A DNA stretch of 64,000 nt. Origin: Squalus acanthias. Taxonomy: Eukaryota. Position numbers and translations under genes: made by a program. A model generated the notes under the pieces. The model saw only the letters and a list, made by a program, of their open reading frames with translations, had not been told where the DNA came from and did no database searches. How positions within the stretch are numbered: position 1 is the stretch's first letter; each line of letters starts with the position of its first letter. The stretch is from positions 49,600,001 through 49,664,000 of the forward strand of contig CM059435.1 in the NCBI GenBank assembly GCA_030390025.1, read 5' to 3'. Of this stretch, positions 10,252 through 22,290 are shown in pieces.

Positions 10252-12420
10252 GGGGGGAGAAATCGGGTATCGCCCCGTTTGGGGCTCTAATATTTGAAAT
10301 TTTGAAAATTTAGTGCGAGGTGCTAAGGATTCTGAACTTCTACTAAATTGGGTGTTAACGCCCCAGGAGGGAAGTGGGGCACTAAATCAAGCGCTAATGA
10401 CCTCAGTGGGGCACTACAGGGACGCTATCAGCAGAACGCTAATGAATTTTAGGTGCAATGCATTCAGCAATGATCCTTCACACTGGTTCCTTCCAGCTCT
10501 TAAAGGGGAGGTTGCATCATTGTGTAGATGCTCATTTTCAGCATTGCTGGCTTTGAGGCGACCTACGAGCAACTGAATCCCCTGATGGCTATGGCTGTTC
10601 CCACTCCCAGGAAAAGAGCTCATCGGTTCACAGACGTGGCATTGGAAGCATTGGTGGCTGGAGTGGAGCGAAGGAGGACAATGCTATTCCCGGCCACTGT
10701 AAGAAGGCCATCGCCCCAGGTGTTCAGGACAATGTGGAGGGAAGCGGCCCAGGAGGCCTCGCCCAGTAGTGTGGTGGAACGCAGCCTGACAGTGCCGCAA
10801 GAAATTCAACGACCTCACTCAGGAGGAGCGAGTGCTGCGACTCATTGGGCAGCAGGTGGTGGGCGCTGTGGCCGTCGGCAATGTCAACCCTGTTGGGGGC
10901 AAAAACAGTATCTTCAGCCCCTCTCCTTCTCTCATCCCACTTACCCCTCACACCACAAACCTTTCTCACTTTCCACCTCCTGAGAATGTCTGCATTCCTT
11001 GCTCCATTCCTGCCCCACTGTCCTCACCTTAACACGAATCTTGTGCCTTTATGCTTTCAGAGAATCAGCAACCAGATGACTAGCCTGTCCCTGAGCCTCC
11101 CACTGAGAGTGAGGAAGAAGAGGCGGAGGAGCAAAGCACCGCGTCACTGCATCTCTCACCCGCAGGCACCACCTCAGATACTGGCACTACACGATCTTTA
11201 GAGGCAGGTTTAGTAGAGGGGTCTGCACTAGGTGATGCACTGGGGTCGAGCGGGCTGCAGCAAGACCAGGGGGAAAGGATAGCTCAGGAGCCAGAGGGCG
11301 AGTTCGTGTGCGAGTTCTGCTGCACAGGACACAGATGAGGACCTCGATGAGGAGGCATTTACAAGAAGGGTGATGGGCATGCACACCGAGATGATAGGTA
11401 CAATGGCAAGGGTGCCCAAGAGCCCCTCGGCAATGGTAAGGAGTGTGGAGAGTCTACCTCCAACATTGCATAGAGCTCTGCGCACACCATGGAGCCCATC
11501 TTTTGCAGTCTGCAAAGGATGGTGCACTCCCAGCGAGACCGTGGCGACTTAGACCTCATGCTGCGTGTGATGGGCAATGTCTCAGTTTTCATTGCGGAAG
11601 CCACGCAATGTCTTAGTGCTGTAATGCAGTCTATGGTTGATGCCATCGATTCTCAGACTGCTCTCATGCAGTCTCAGCTTGATGCCACGCAAGCTCTGAC
11701 TGCTGCCAACGTCGCTGGCGTCCACCACAGTCCACTGGAGATCTCACAGTGTTGCAGCAGGCCAGCAATCTGTGCTCCAGCAGATTGGTAGGGATGCTGA
11801 GGTGCTGCCCCAGGGGAGTGGGAGTGGGTCAGTGGAGCAGGAACCTGCTGTCCTCTCTCAGGATGACAGCATTCCTGATCCCACCACTGTCACTCCACCA
11901 TTGTACTTGTCGCTGCCTGTCATCCAGCCAGCCCAGACTGCGGCCGCCCAGCCTGAGGTGGTGCAGTGTACAGCCGGGCCTTCCAGGCCCAGAGCTGGAC
12001 GAGGGCATCCTGCAAAGCCATCTGTAGTCTCTGGCACCGACACTCAGCAGCCTTCCACAAGCCTTGTTGCAGCCACTGGGGAGACACTATGTAGGAGCAC
12101 TAGATTAGGAAAGGGGACTGTAAAGAGGGGAGGCAAGGGTTTGCACAAGGATGATAAGTCAATATTGTTGTATATATATGGTTAATGGTTTTTAATAAAT
12201 TTATTACTGGAATGTTGCAGATTGGGTGCTGTGTCTGATTTCAGTTCTGGGGTGTGGTATGGAATCACAAAGTGAATGATGGCAACGTGTTCAGCAACTG
12301 GAACGAGGACTTGAACTCACTGGAAACGAAGTCTGATGAGGCGGTCACGGACTGACCTTGCAGAACGCCGATTGAGTAGCTGCCTCCTCCGTCACTGCTG
12401 TTCCTGATACACTTCCTGCA
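10252..12420 (-). mobile_element. Truncated Harbinger (copy B): one end, Myb/SANT pseudogene on + strand, trace of transposase 3' end
   Basis: Starts GGGGGGAGAAATCGGGTATCGCCCCGTTTGGGG, like 18639. ORF 10528-10983 contains RAHRFTDVALEALV..WREAA. 11060-12150 is homologous to 5270-6340. Confidence 0.8.
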
Positions 12421-13357
12421 GTTACTTTGTCACAGAGAAAAATCTAACCCTTAGAATCTAAGCAACAAAACCATAATTTAGGATCTGCTCCATAAGTAGG
12501 AGATATTTGTCATATTTCACTGCTAGCCATGACATTGTTTATTTATTACACTTTTTTATGTTATCAGCCAAAAAAAGTGACAGGAAACTACCTGGTGATG
12601 TCACTTTGCACTGTGATGTCACACCAGTGGAGATATGATTTACATTTCCTCTGATATCTCCACACAAATGTGGAGTTAGAGCAGAGGGCATAATGTTGGC
12701 AAACCCATTATAAAACTCTGTTGCACGGTATTTCTCTCAATCTTAGGATAACACACAATGGACGATTGGAGGTGAGTAACAAGCCTATCAATTAATTGGT
12801 GCTCAAGTGATTAATTCATAATTAATATGAGGCATTTCTTACAGTTATGGACAGGCTACATAAGATGTACCAAAATCACATTGAAGAATTGACAGACTAT
12901 TGTCATGTCATCAGTATGACTGCTATTGATTCACAAAGGTGTAATAAAGGGAATCATTTTGCAGTTGAGAAGTAAAGTTGAAGAGCTATTGCATGGTATA
13001 TACTTTAATATGATGAGCCCATTGAGTACAGGATAATCATTTCATCTTTCAGGTTATACCTACAGCTCTCCTTTGATAGAATGCTACTCCTGAAAGTATT
13101 ATATCAATGGAAGCATTGTATTTGAAGCCGCTTTAAAAGACCAGTGACTATTGACAATGCAGCCATCCCTGATTTAAGGTTAGTGGTAAGGGTTAGGGGC
13201 TACTCGGATTTAGGGTTAGAAACTGCCATTGACAATGCGTTGCCAATAGCAGAAACCATTATTGACAACGGAGTTGTTACTAGATGCGTCCTTAAAAAAA
13301 GTACTGTTGGGACACCTGTCCCAATACTTCTACGAAACATCATAATCATCTGAAACT

Positions 13358-14040
13358 AAAACAGCAAATGCTGAAATAATAGGTCAGTCAGCATCTGTAA
13401 AGATGGTCACAGTTTTGAGTGTATACCCTTTGCCCGAACTGATAGATAAGCCAGCATTTGTGTTCTGAAAAAGGGTTTACACCCGAAATGTCAACCTGTA
13501 TCCCCTCTTCCTGGATGCTGACAGACCCATTCACGTCATCACCAACACCCCCTGCTGTAGATAAAAATGAGAGTTACAGCTAAAGTCTGAAATTATTAAT
13601 GTCAATATTCAGACCAGAGGACTGTAGAGTGCCTAGATGAATGATGAGATACTCTTGGTGAAATATGCACTGAACCTGGTGAGAGCAGTGTAGGAGGTCA
13701 AAGATGGAGAATTCAGAGTGGGTATGTGAGGGGGGAGTTATAGTGGCAAGGCACAGGGAAGTCAGGAGGATATTTGTATACAGAATGGAGGTGTTCAGAA
13801 AAGTGGTCACCTAATGTGCGCTTGGAGACCAAACCAAAAACAGCAAATACAGTTTAGTAGATTGGAGGAAGTGTACGTAAATGGCTGTATCGTTTGGAAG
13901 AAGTGTTTGGGGCCCTGGACAATGTTGTGGGAGGAGGTAAATGAAGCAGTGCTCCATCTACTATGGTTGCACAGGAAGGCGCTAGTAAAAGGCAAGCTGG
14001 AAATTGTTTCAGATTTCCAACATTTGCATTTGTTTCTTAA
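13358..14040 (-). mobile_element. Decayed Penelope-like element (GIY-YIG remnant plus inverted terminal segments)
   Basis: ORF 13807-13995 IVQGPKHFFQ..FTYTSSNLLNCICC resembles the Penelope GIY-YIG region. Hammerhead-like motif at 13462-13495. Confidence 0.6.
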
Positions 14041-14374
14041 CCAAAATCAACTGTGTTGTTTTGAGGTAGTCAGAGACTCTGATTAACCTAACATGGCCAA
14101 TTTGTAACATTAGCTGCTGCACTTATTTATTCTTTGCAGTTGACCAACAGCAGACACCCCACAGAACAGCAGACTTAACAAAGTCAGAAATCTCCTGTTC
14201 AATCCCCCTTAACTGTTCAACTGCAAAATAAAACTTTTGATGATCATTTCGAACTTAAAAGGTAGTAAAAGTTTGAGGTACACTCTAATTTTGGGACCAT
14301 CTGAAAGCAGAACAAACAGTGGAAAGTACCCTATCAATTTGGAAGCAGAGTAAAAATAGTGCGCCGAACATACA

Positions 14375-14930
14375 AAAAGAATGAACTGGAAAAGACCATC
14401 TAGCCTGCCCCATACAGTCATGTTGCAACTGAGCATCATGATCCTCAACGCTACCTACCCACCAGTAGCCATTTAATCTCCTTCCAAAGACATAAACCCA
14501 GATTTAAAAAAAACACGGTCATTTCAGGGGGAAAGAATTTCTGGGAAATTTCTCTCCCGACCCCAAAGGCAATCACGAGTTCCAGGAGAATACAGTGATC
14601 ATGATGCACATCATCACACATCCCATCTACCTTTTGTACACAATGGTGTCAGCCACAGCAGGGAACTTATCTAGCTCCCTTCTGAATGCATGTAACAAAT
14701 CCACACTCACTGTACGACCCGGCAACTTTTTCCAAAGGTTAAAAAGCTCGTCCCTGGTTCTCCCTGATCTATCTAATTCAAACAGCCGAGCCACATGGAC
14801 ACAATCTAGTTCCTTCGTTAATCAAATCTCCTCAAAGCCTGCGCTTTTCCATGGTAAAAATACCAAGCTCTATAAGCCTATCGTGGTAACTAAGCTAAGT
14901 GTCAAACTTGTGGCCCTTCTTTGAAACCTT
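14375..14930 (-). mobile_element. Old CR1/L3-type LINE 3' end
   Basis: AAAGACCATCTAGCCTGCCC tail and ATCTAGCTCCCTTCTGAATGC. A related tail lies at 60217-60480. Confidence 0.5.
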
Positions 14931-15562
14931 TTCGCTAAGGCATACACATCAAATAACATTTAAAAAACATTCTCAAAGCCCATATCACCTTGAAAGTTGC
15001 TTATATATAGTCTTATGTTCTTGTGGGGAAGGTAAAGGCCCCAATTCAATCTCAGTAGTTTTATAGCTGACATCACATTAGAGAAAGTTGGAATGTTGGT
15101 CTTACCTTGTTATGTAGATATGGTCACATTCATTTATGTTTAAAAGTTAAAATTCAAATGTAACATAGCACACCAAGAATATAGCAGTCAACCTCACGCA
15201 TTAATATAATGCTGAAAAGTCAACAAAACTCAAGTAAAAATGCAAAATATTACATGGAACAATTGTACTCAGCAGTGACTAATTATTTAACTTTAATTTT
15301 TTAAACTATAGTAATTTTCAAATGCTTTCATTTTTTTTGTAAAATTGTATTTCCATATAGGTGATCATTGGAATTAAAGTTCATGCAGAACAAGCTCTGG
15401 TCTTTAAAGACCCCAAGTCATAATTTGTGTTGCTATCTCGATGCACTGGTTTGCAGGAAACAACCACGAAAGCAAACTCCAGGATCTGTGGAGATAGAAT
15501 ACGATAGTATTTCATCTACCGATGCACCCTTTATACACCTACACTGACACTCTCAATATCTG

Positions 15563-16312
15563 ATGAATCACTTTCCTCTACAAGGCAGTATGGAATATCC
15601 AGGACAACAGTGGAAGCAGTGGGGAGAGTATTATCCGGAGATTTACTCCCAAGGCTTTTATGAAGGGTATTCGTTAAACACAGTTCTCGGTAATCATGCA
15701 GATTATTTTCACCATCAGAATTATTTCAACCACCCTACAATGTCATTGAGCAGGAGGTCACAGAATGTTATCCTAAGCCATGAAGGATCTTCATCTCACA
15801 TCATTCAACATCAACAGCTTGAACATTATCAGCAAACCACCCAATTACAAAGAACAGGATTTCCCGATGGAAATTTCTCATCGTCTGTCCCTCGAATGAT
15901 TGTCACATCTCGGCCTGGCCTGACTGCTTATGGAGCTACAGCAGAAGCAGTAAAGCAAAATGAAACACCCAAAATGTGCATCCTCGCTCTTGCCATGATG
16001 ATAGCTGGCATCCCCACAGTCCCTGTACCCAGAGTGAAAGCAGAGGACATGATGTTGGCAGCGCAAAGATTCAGAGCCGACAACCCAAACCTCAGTGGAG
16101 ATATAGATGAAATGTTGAAGGATAAGAGAGATAGAAAAGGGACCTTTACCAAGGATCAAGTTTTCCCCATTAACAGTGCAGATGAAAGGATCAACTGGAA
16201 GAGAACGAGAGACAGTACCATTCGCTATCCTCAAATCAATGTCTTGGTATTAGAGAGTGATGATCGGGCAGATGCAAAGAAACTTAAATCAAATGACTTG
16301 ATGCTCATATGA
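15563..16312 (+). CDS. SPATA25: SPATA25-like (spermatogenesis-associated protein 25) single coding exon, 249 aa
   Basis: Uninterrupted non-repeat ORF. Motif [33 protein letters not shown] closely matches the recalled mammalian SPATA25 core [33 protein letters not shown]. Polypyrimidine/TAG acceptor ends at 15360, an in-frame stop lies upstream (15545-15547), and ATTAAA occurs at about 16585. Confidence 0.8.
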   Translation: [249 protein letters not shown]

Positions 16313-17274
16313 ACATTGAAACTTTTAGAATAAGTTGCCATTAGGGAAATGGAAATTACAATTGTTGCAAAGGATACTGTTTATAAATATGCTGCTGTTA
16401 GTTCTTGTACATTTGCAAAGAACTTTTGAAAGTAAATTTGTATATGATTGACTATTGTAAGTTGTGCTTACAGTTCAGTTATTCTAAATTATGCTTTTTA
16501 GTTAGTATTACTGTTCAGTAATACAAAAGAAATGTGTTGGGTGTCATTTCTCACTGGTAACTAGTAATCTGTAAGATTTTGATTATTAAAGCGAATACAA
16601 ACTTTCAATTCAAAAGGAGAAAGTAGTCTCTAGTTGTAAGTCTCTAGTTTTAAGTCAAAGATAAAAATGAGCATGTGCATTCTTCAAGGTAAATGATAAG
16701 CATCGCTGGGGAATGGAGCATTATTCCACTGTGCACCTGTAATGTGATGACCTTCTATATATCTTGCAGGGTAGGGCTTTGGTAAATTTGAGTTTAAGTA
16801 AAGGATGTAGTCAGAATTAAACAGAAACAAACACTGTAGTCTATTCATCACATATACTATTCATTTCCTCTCCGACTTTTAGGATGATAGCGCTTGCCAG
16901 GTGCCTGGCCTTCGCTCTCAGACCATCGCTTCAGCATGGCAGGCAAGGCCAGGTTGCTTCGGAGTTACCTCCAGAGACACAGCCAGCCAGCAGCAGCTTC
17001 ATACCAAGAGAAGTTGCTGTAAGTAGAGAGCCATCTCAGCCCCAAGACCCTGAAGTCCAGCGGCAGGGGCCTCTCATTTCCTATCTTCCTGGTCCTGAGG
17101 ATACAGTTAGATGCAGTAGGAGAGAACTTGGCTGAAAGACTCACCTAAGTACCGGGGAAGTGAGGTGTCTCAGAAGGGAGTCCAGTTGCTGAGTCCACTT
17201 CCTTTTGCTCCTGGGGGCTGCTTTGTAACTGCATGACTGTTTACTTTGTCTGCTGTAAGTTAATTACGTTGGCC

Positions 17275-18638
17275 TGTTTGAAACAATAATCAAGGAAAAA
17301 ATTAATGGACACTTGGAGAGGTTTAAGCTAATTAAGGAGAGCCAACACGGACTTGTAAAAGGCAGATCGTGTTTGACTAATCTAATTGAATTTTTTGATG
17401 AAATAACAGGGAGGATTGATGAAGGGAATGCAGTGGATGTTGTCTACATGGATTTTAGGAAGGCATTTGACAAAGTACCACATAGAAGGCTGGTTAACAA
17501 AATTGAGGCTCATGGAATAGGTGGGTCAGTGGCAGCTTGGATAAGGAATTGGCTTAAGGACAGAAAACAGCGAGTTGTGGTAAATGGCTGTTTTTCAGAC
17601 TGGAGGATGGTAGACAGTGGTGTTCCCTAAGGGTCAGTGCTGGGGCCACTGGTTTTTTTGATATATATAAATGACCTGGATTTTGGAATAAAGAGTAGAA
17701 TTTCTAAATTTGCCGATGACACCAAACTTGGGGGTGTGGCAAACAGTGAGGATGATACCAATCGACTGTAACAGGACATTGAAAGGCTAGCAGAATGGGC
17801 AGACAAGTGGCAGATGGAACTGAATACAGAGAAGTGTGAGGTGATGCATTTTGGCAGAAGGAACAGGGAGAGGCAATATACACTTAGTGGCACAGTTTTA
17901 AAGAGTCTGCAGGGACAGAGGGACTTGGGAGTTAATGTGCATAGGTCCCTGAAGGTGGCGGGACATATTGAGAGAGTGGATAGCAAAGCATATGGGATCT
18001 TGGGCTTCATAAATAGAGTTATTTAGTACAAAAGTAGAGAAGTTATGCTGAACCTTTATAACTCGCTGGTTAGGCCACAACTGGAGTATTGCGTCCAGTT
18101 CTGGTCACCACACCATTGGAAGAATGTGAAGGCACTTGAGAGGGTGCAAAGGAGATTTACCAGAATGGTTCCGGGGATGGGGAAATCTTAGCTACAAGGA
18201 CAGGTTGGAGAAGTTGGATTTGTTTTCATTAGAGCAAAGGAAGTTGAAGGGTGATTTGACAGAGGTGTACAAGATTATGACGGGTTTGGACAGGCTAGAC
18301 GGGGAAAGGCTGTTCCCACTAGTTGATGGTACAAGGACTAGGGGACAAAGATTTAAGGTTTTGGGCAAGAGATACAGGAGGGACGTGAGGAAAAACTTTT
18401 TTACGCAGCGAGTGGTGAGGACCTGGAACTCGCTGCCAACGGAAGTGGTGGAAGCGGAGACACTCAATGTTTCAAGGGGAGACTGCATAGGCACTTGAGG
18501 GAAATAAACTTGCAGGGCTATGGGGATAGAGCAGGGGAATAGGACTGACTGGATTGCTCTACAGAGAGCCGGCACGGACTCAATGGGCCGAATGGCCTCC
18601 TTCTGTGCCGCTATGACTCTGTGACTCTATGACTCTAT
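17275..18638 (+). mobile_element. 5'-truncated CR1 LINE
   Basis: RT ORFs 17313-17630, 17814-18026 and 18136-18498; 3' hairpin and (GACTCTAT)n tail. Confidence 0.92.
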
Positions 18639-18995
18639 GGGGGAAAAATTAGGTCGCACCCCGTTTGGGGCGCAAATATCGTCTGGACGCAAAAATTAGC
18701 GCCTGGCGCTAATTATCACCACTGACTGGAAACTTCACTTTTACCGCCCCGGGAGGTGAGTGGAGCGCTAAATCAGGCGCTGCACACCTGTCTTAAGGCG
18801 CAAAGGCCGAGCAGTGAGGCGCTAACTCAGCGCGCGAGCGCAGCGCAGGGGCTGCCAGTTAGCGAGGGAACACAGTCACACTGGCACCGGCCAGTTCTTA
18901 AAGGGGGGGGCCAACTTGCTCCCCAGCCACACCCTGCTCATTGCAGCCTTGAATCTCGGCCTGGAGAGACCTGTGAATCCATTTTGCTGCCAAGG

Positions 18996-20817
18996 ATGGA
19001 GAGGGTGAGAGAACGAGCTCAGCGCTTCACCGAGCGGGCCTTCGATGCTCTGGTTGGTGCGGTGGAGCGCAGAAGATCTATACTCTTCCCTGAGAGTGGC
19101 AGGAGGCCTTTGCCGCGCGAGTACAGAAGAGTGTGGAGGGAGGTGGCTCAGAGCGTCTCCTCCAGGAGCATGGTGCCCAGGACCCATGTTCAATGCCGCA
19201 AAAAGTTCAACGACCTCACTCGGGTCGTCAGGGTGAGTGGCTTTTTCTCAATACCTCTCCATCCCTCCATCTCAACCTCACTCTATGGCCAGAGGATCTT
19301 AAAACCCCAATGCACAACACTCATCCAACACCTATGGCCCTTTCATGAAACACACACACACATTCCACACTTTGCATACAGTAAGGGCTATTCACCTATG
19401 GGAGGCACATCAGGCAAGACCATGGCTGCATTCAGTAAGGGCTATTCACCTATGGGAGGCACATCAGGCAAGACCATGGCTGTATATTTACTCAGATGCT
19501 GTCCATTTTCTTGCAGGCCAAGCTGGCGCATAATAGGAGACAGCAGCAACGGACAGGTGGAGGGCGGCCTCAGCTGCAACCCCTCAGCGATCTTGAGGAG
19601 CGCGTCCACAGGATTGTGGCAAGCCGGGTGATCGGTCCCGTCGCCACTGGAGACGCCGACCCCGTTCTGGACAGCAATGGTAAGGTCATCACCTTTTTGT
19701 CCTCTGTCCTTCCACTTGTCCCTCACAACACCAGCCTTTGACACTTTCAATCCAACTTGCTAACTCGCTGCACTTATTCCTCCCTTACTGCCACCCTGTC
19801 CTCACGCGAAAGCCACTCTTGTACCTCCCTGCTTTCAGATGGTGATTCACCAGCTGAGGAGACGGGCCCTGAAGCTGCCAGTGGGAGTGAAGCTGCAGCC
19901 GAGGAGGAAGAGGAAGCCGGAGCATCAGTGCCACCCTCTCCCGAGGAAGCCCATGCCCACACTGGGAACACGCCTTCCCTGGAGGGGAGCAGGGGGGAAG
20001 GGTCTGATGAGGGTGAAGCTCCAGGACCCAGCGGGCTGCAGCAACGCCATGGGGGTAGGGAAGAACGGGGGGCCTTCTCCCCAGAGGGAGAGTATGCCAG
20101 CGACTCCTACTGCAATGGACGCAGAGGAGGAGCGGCTGATCGCAGAAATGAACACCCAGGCGGTGGGCATGCACACTGAGCTCATGGGTGCAGTGGGAAG
20201 GGTGCCCGAATGCATTGAGTCACTGGCAAGGAGTGTGGAGCACTTCGCTGTAGCACAGGCGGATGCCACACTAAAGCTTAGTGCTGCAATTCAGTCACTG
20301 ACTGCCGTGATCCCATCTCTGACTGCTCTCATGCAGACTCAGATTGAGGCCACGCGAGCACTGACTGCTGCCAACCTCGATGGTTCGTTCACATGTCCCC
20401 GGGGCTCTCACCGCGCCGCAGCAGGCCAGCAATCTGTGCTCCAGCAGATTGCTCCGGATGCTGAAGTGCTGCCCCGTGGGAGTGCCAGTGTGTCGGGCGA
20501 GCAGGGAGTTGCTGTCCTCTCTCACGATGACAGCATTCCTGCTGCCAACACTGTCACTTCTCCACTGCACTTGCCACCAGCCTGTAGGACAGACTGCTGC
20601 CGCCCATGCAGAGTTGGTGCAGTCTGCAGCCGGGCCCTCCAGGCCCAGAACTGGTCGAGGCCGTCCTTCAGGGGCATCTGCAGTGTCAGGGTCTGACAAT
20701 CAGCAGCCTTCCACCAGCCTTGCTGCAGCCACTGAGGTCCCATTACGGAGGAGCAGTAGGGTTAGAAGGGGGGAAGTGCGCAAGGGAAGGAGATCACCCT
20801 CGAAGGGCAAAAAGTAG
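18996..20817 (+). pseudogene. Harbinger Myb/SANT-like protein gene; exons 18996-19232, 19517-19679, 19839-20817; two frameshifts in exon 3
   Basis: MERVRERAQRFTERAFDALV..WREVAQ..QCRKKFNDL (Myb/SANT domain). GT-AG introns have consistent phases (0, 1). Exon 3 needs frame changes near 20070 and 20575. Confidence 0.85.
19379..19482 (+). repeat. Tandem duplication (about 54-bp unit x2) in Myb/SANT intron 1
   Basis: CAGTAAGGGCTATTCACCTATGGGAGGCACATCAGGCAAGACCATGGCTG occurs twice. Confidence 0.9.
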
Positions 20818-21129
20818 GAGGTGTGACAAAATGCTGGTCATTTTTTTATTAAAGGCCGAGGTTCGTGGTCCAACTTTTGTCTAGTGTTTTGGACATTATC
20901 TCCAGGTTTTGAGAACCAGTTATGTTAATGACTGTTTTTTTGTGTTTATTTCTATGAGTTTGTCATGAGGAAATGACACACACAGAGTTTGTAAAATAAA
21001 TAAGTTTTTGTATTCAAAATATACATGTTTGGTGTTTGGAATCATTGGTGCCTTGGCCGGCTTAGGGGTTGCGTGCTGGGTTCATTGATGTTGTTAGCAA
21101 TGGCAGAAGCCATTTCCACAGCAGGGGCC

Positions 21130-22290
21130 CTAGAAGCGGCTTGCTATCAGCCGTTGACGGACGGCCCTTGCAGTTTCACCATTGTGGGCCGCCCTCCCGC
21201 CTTGGTGCTGCTGATGATCATCCTCCTCGTCCTCTTCCTCCTCTTCCTCCTCCTCCTCTGGTGGTGCTCCAAGGCCTGGTGGCATTGGCTGGGTCCTGAC
21301 GATTGCCATGTTATGCAACATGCAGCACACAACTACGAAGTTGGATACTCGCTCAGGCGAGTACTGCAGGGCTCCTCCAGAATGGTCGAGACAGCGGAAC
21401 CGTTGCTTCAGCACGCCGATTGTGCACTCAATGATGTTCCTGGTAGCTTGATGGCTCTCGTTGTACCGCAGCTCAGCAGGGGTGTTGGGCGTACGGAGCG
21501 GTGTCATCAGCCAGGTGCTCAATGGATACCCCTTGTCCCCGAGAAGCCAACCAACTGGCTGATGCGGTGCCTCGAAAAGTTCTGCCACAGTAGTCTGGCG
21601 CAGGATGAAAGCATCGTGGCAGCTGCCAGGATAGTGGGCATTAACAGCGAGTATCAGCTGTCTGTGGTCACAGACCAACTGAACATTCAAGGAATGGAAC
21701 CCCTTTCTGTTCCGGAATTCCTCGGCATTCTCATGTGGAGTACGCAAAGCCACATGCGTGCAGTCAATGGCGCCCTGCACCATGGGGAAGCCCGCTATCC
21801 TCGCAAAGCCCAGAGCGCGGTCACGCTGCTTGTCTGGGGTCATGGGGAAAGAGATGAACTCTCGTCTCCTTTTAAAGAGGGCATTTGTGACCTGCCGGAT
21901 GCAGCAATGCACCACGAACTGGGAGATATTGGCGAGGTCCCCAGCAGCAGCTTGAAATGAGCCAGTAGCATAGAAGTTGAGAGCCACTGTGACCTTCACT
22001 GCCACCGACGGAGACGTCCTGGACCTCAGTTGAGGCTGCAGATCTGGCTGCAGCAGGTGGCAGAGCTCAGTGACCACCTCCTTGCTGAATCGCAGCCTTC
22101 GCAAACACAGCTCCTCAGACATATGAATGTAGGAGAGCTGTTCACGATATACCCTGGGAGGGTAAGCTCTCCTGTACATACGCCTGTTGGCCCTCCTCCG
22201 TCTGGCCATCATTGCCACTCTCTCTCTGCGTCTCTGTGTCCTCCGATTCAGCTGGAGCAGGACGACGCCCCCATTCAGTGCAGCCCCCAT
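21130..22290 (-). CDS. Intact Harbinger (HARBI1-family) DDE transposase, 386 aa from MGAAL
   Basis: Open ORF with GAIDCTHV, RKGFHSLNVQ, GSCHDAFIL, LLGDKGYP, RNIIECTIGVLKQRFRCL and CCMLHN. The start is homologous to the ATG at 3940. Confidence 0.93.
   Translation of the reverse strand: MGAALNGGVVLLQLNRRTQRRRERVAMMARRRRANRRMYRRAYPPRVYREQLSYIHMSEELCLRRLRFSKEVVTELCHLLQPDLQPQLRSRTSPSVAVKVTVALNFYATGSFQAAAGDLANISQFVVHCCIRQVTNALFKRRREFISFPMTPDKQRDRALGFARIAGFPMVQGAIDCTHVALRTPHENAEEFRNRKGFHSLNVQLVCDHRQLILAVNAHYPGSCHDAFILRQTTVAELFEAPHQPVGWLLGDKGYPLSTWLMTPLRTPNTPAELRYNESHQATRNIIECTIGVLKQRFRCLDHSGGALQYSPERVSNFVVVCCMLHNMAIVRTQPMPPGLGAPPEEEEEEEEEDEEDDHQQHQGGRAAHNGETARAVRQRLIASRF

Noticed and set aside
13170-13222. 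Interstitial telomere
   Set aside because: Only scattered TTAGGG-like hexamers, not a tandem array; more likely a small decayed repeat.
18756-19631. 291-aa ORF as a single-exon gene
   Set aside because: Only 18996-19232 is coding; the rest reads through the subterminal region and intron 1.
21025-21960. 311-aa plus-strand ORF
   Set aside because: Antisense shadow of the GC-rich transposase ORF.
21130-22290. Host gene HARBI1
   Set aside because: It lies between TIRs with a TSD and a Myb/SANT partner, and decayed paralogs are nearby, so it is a transposon gene.
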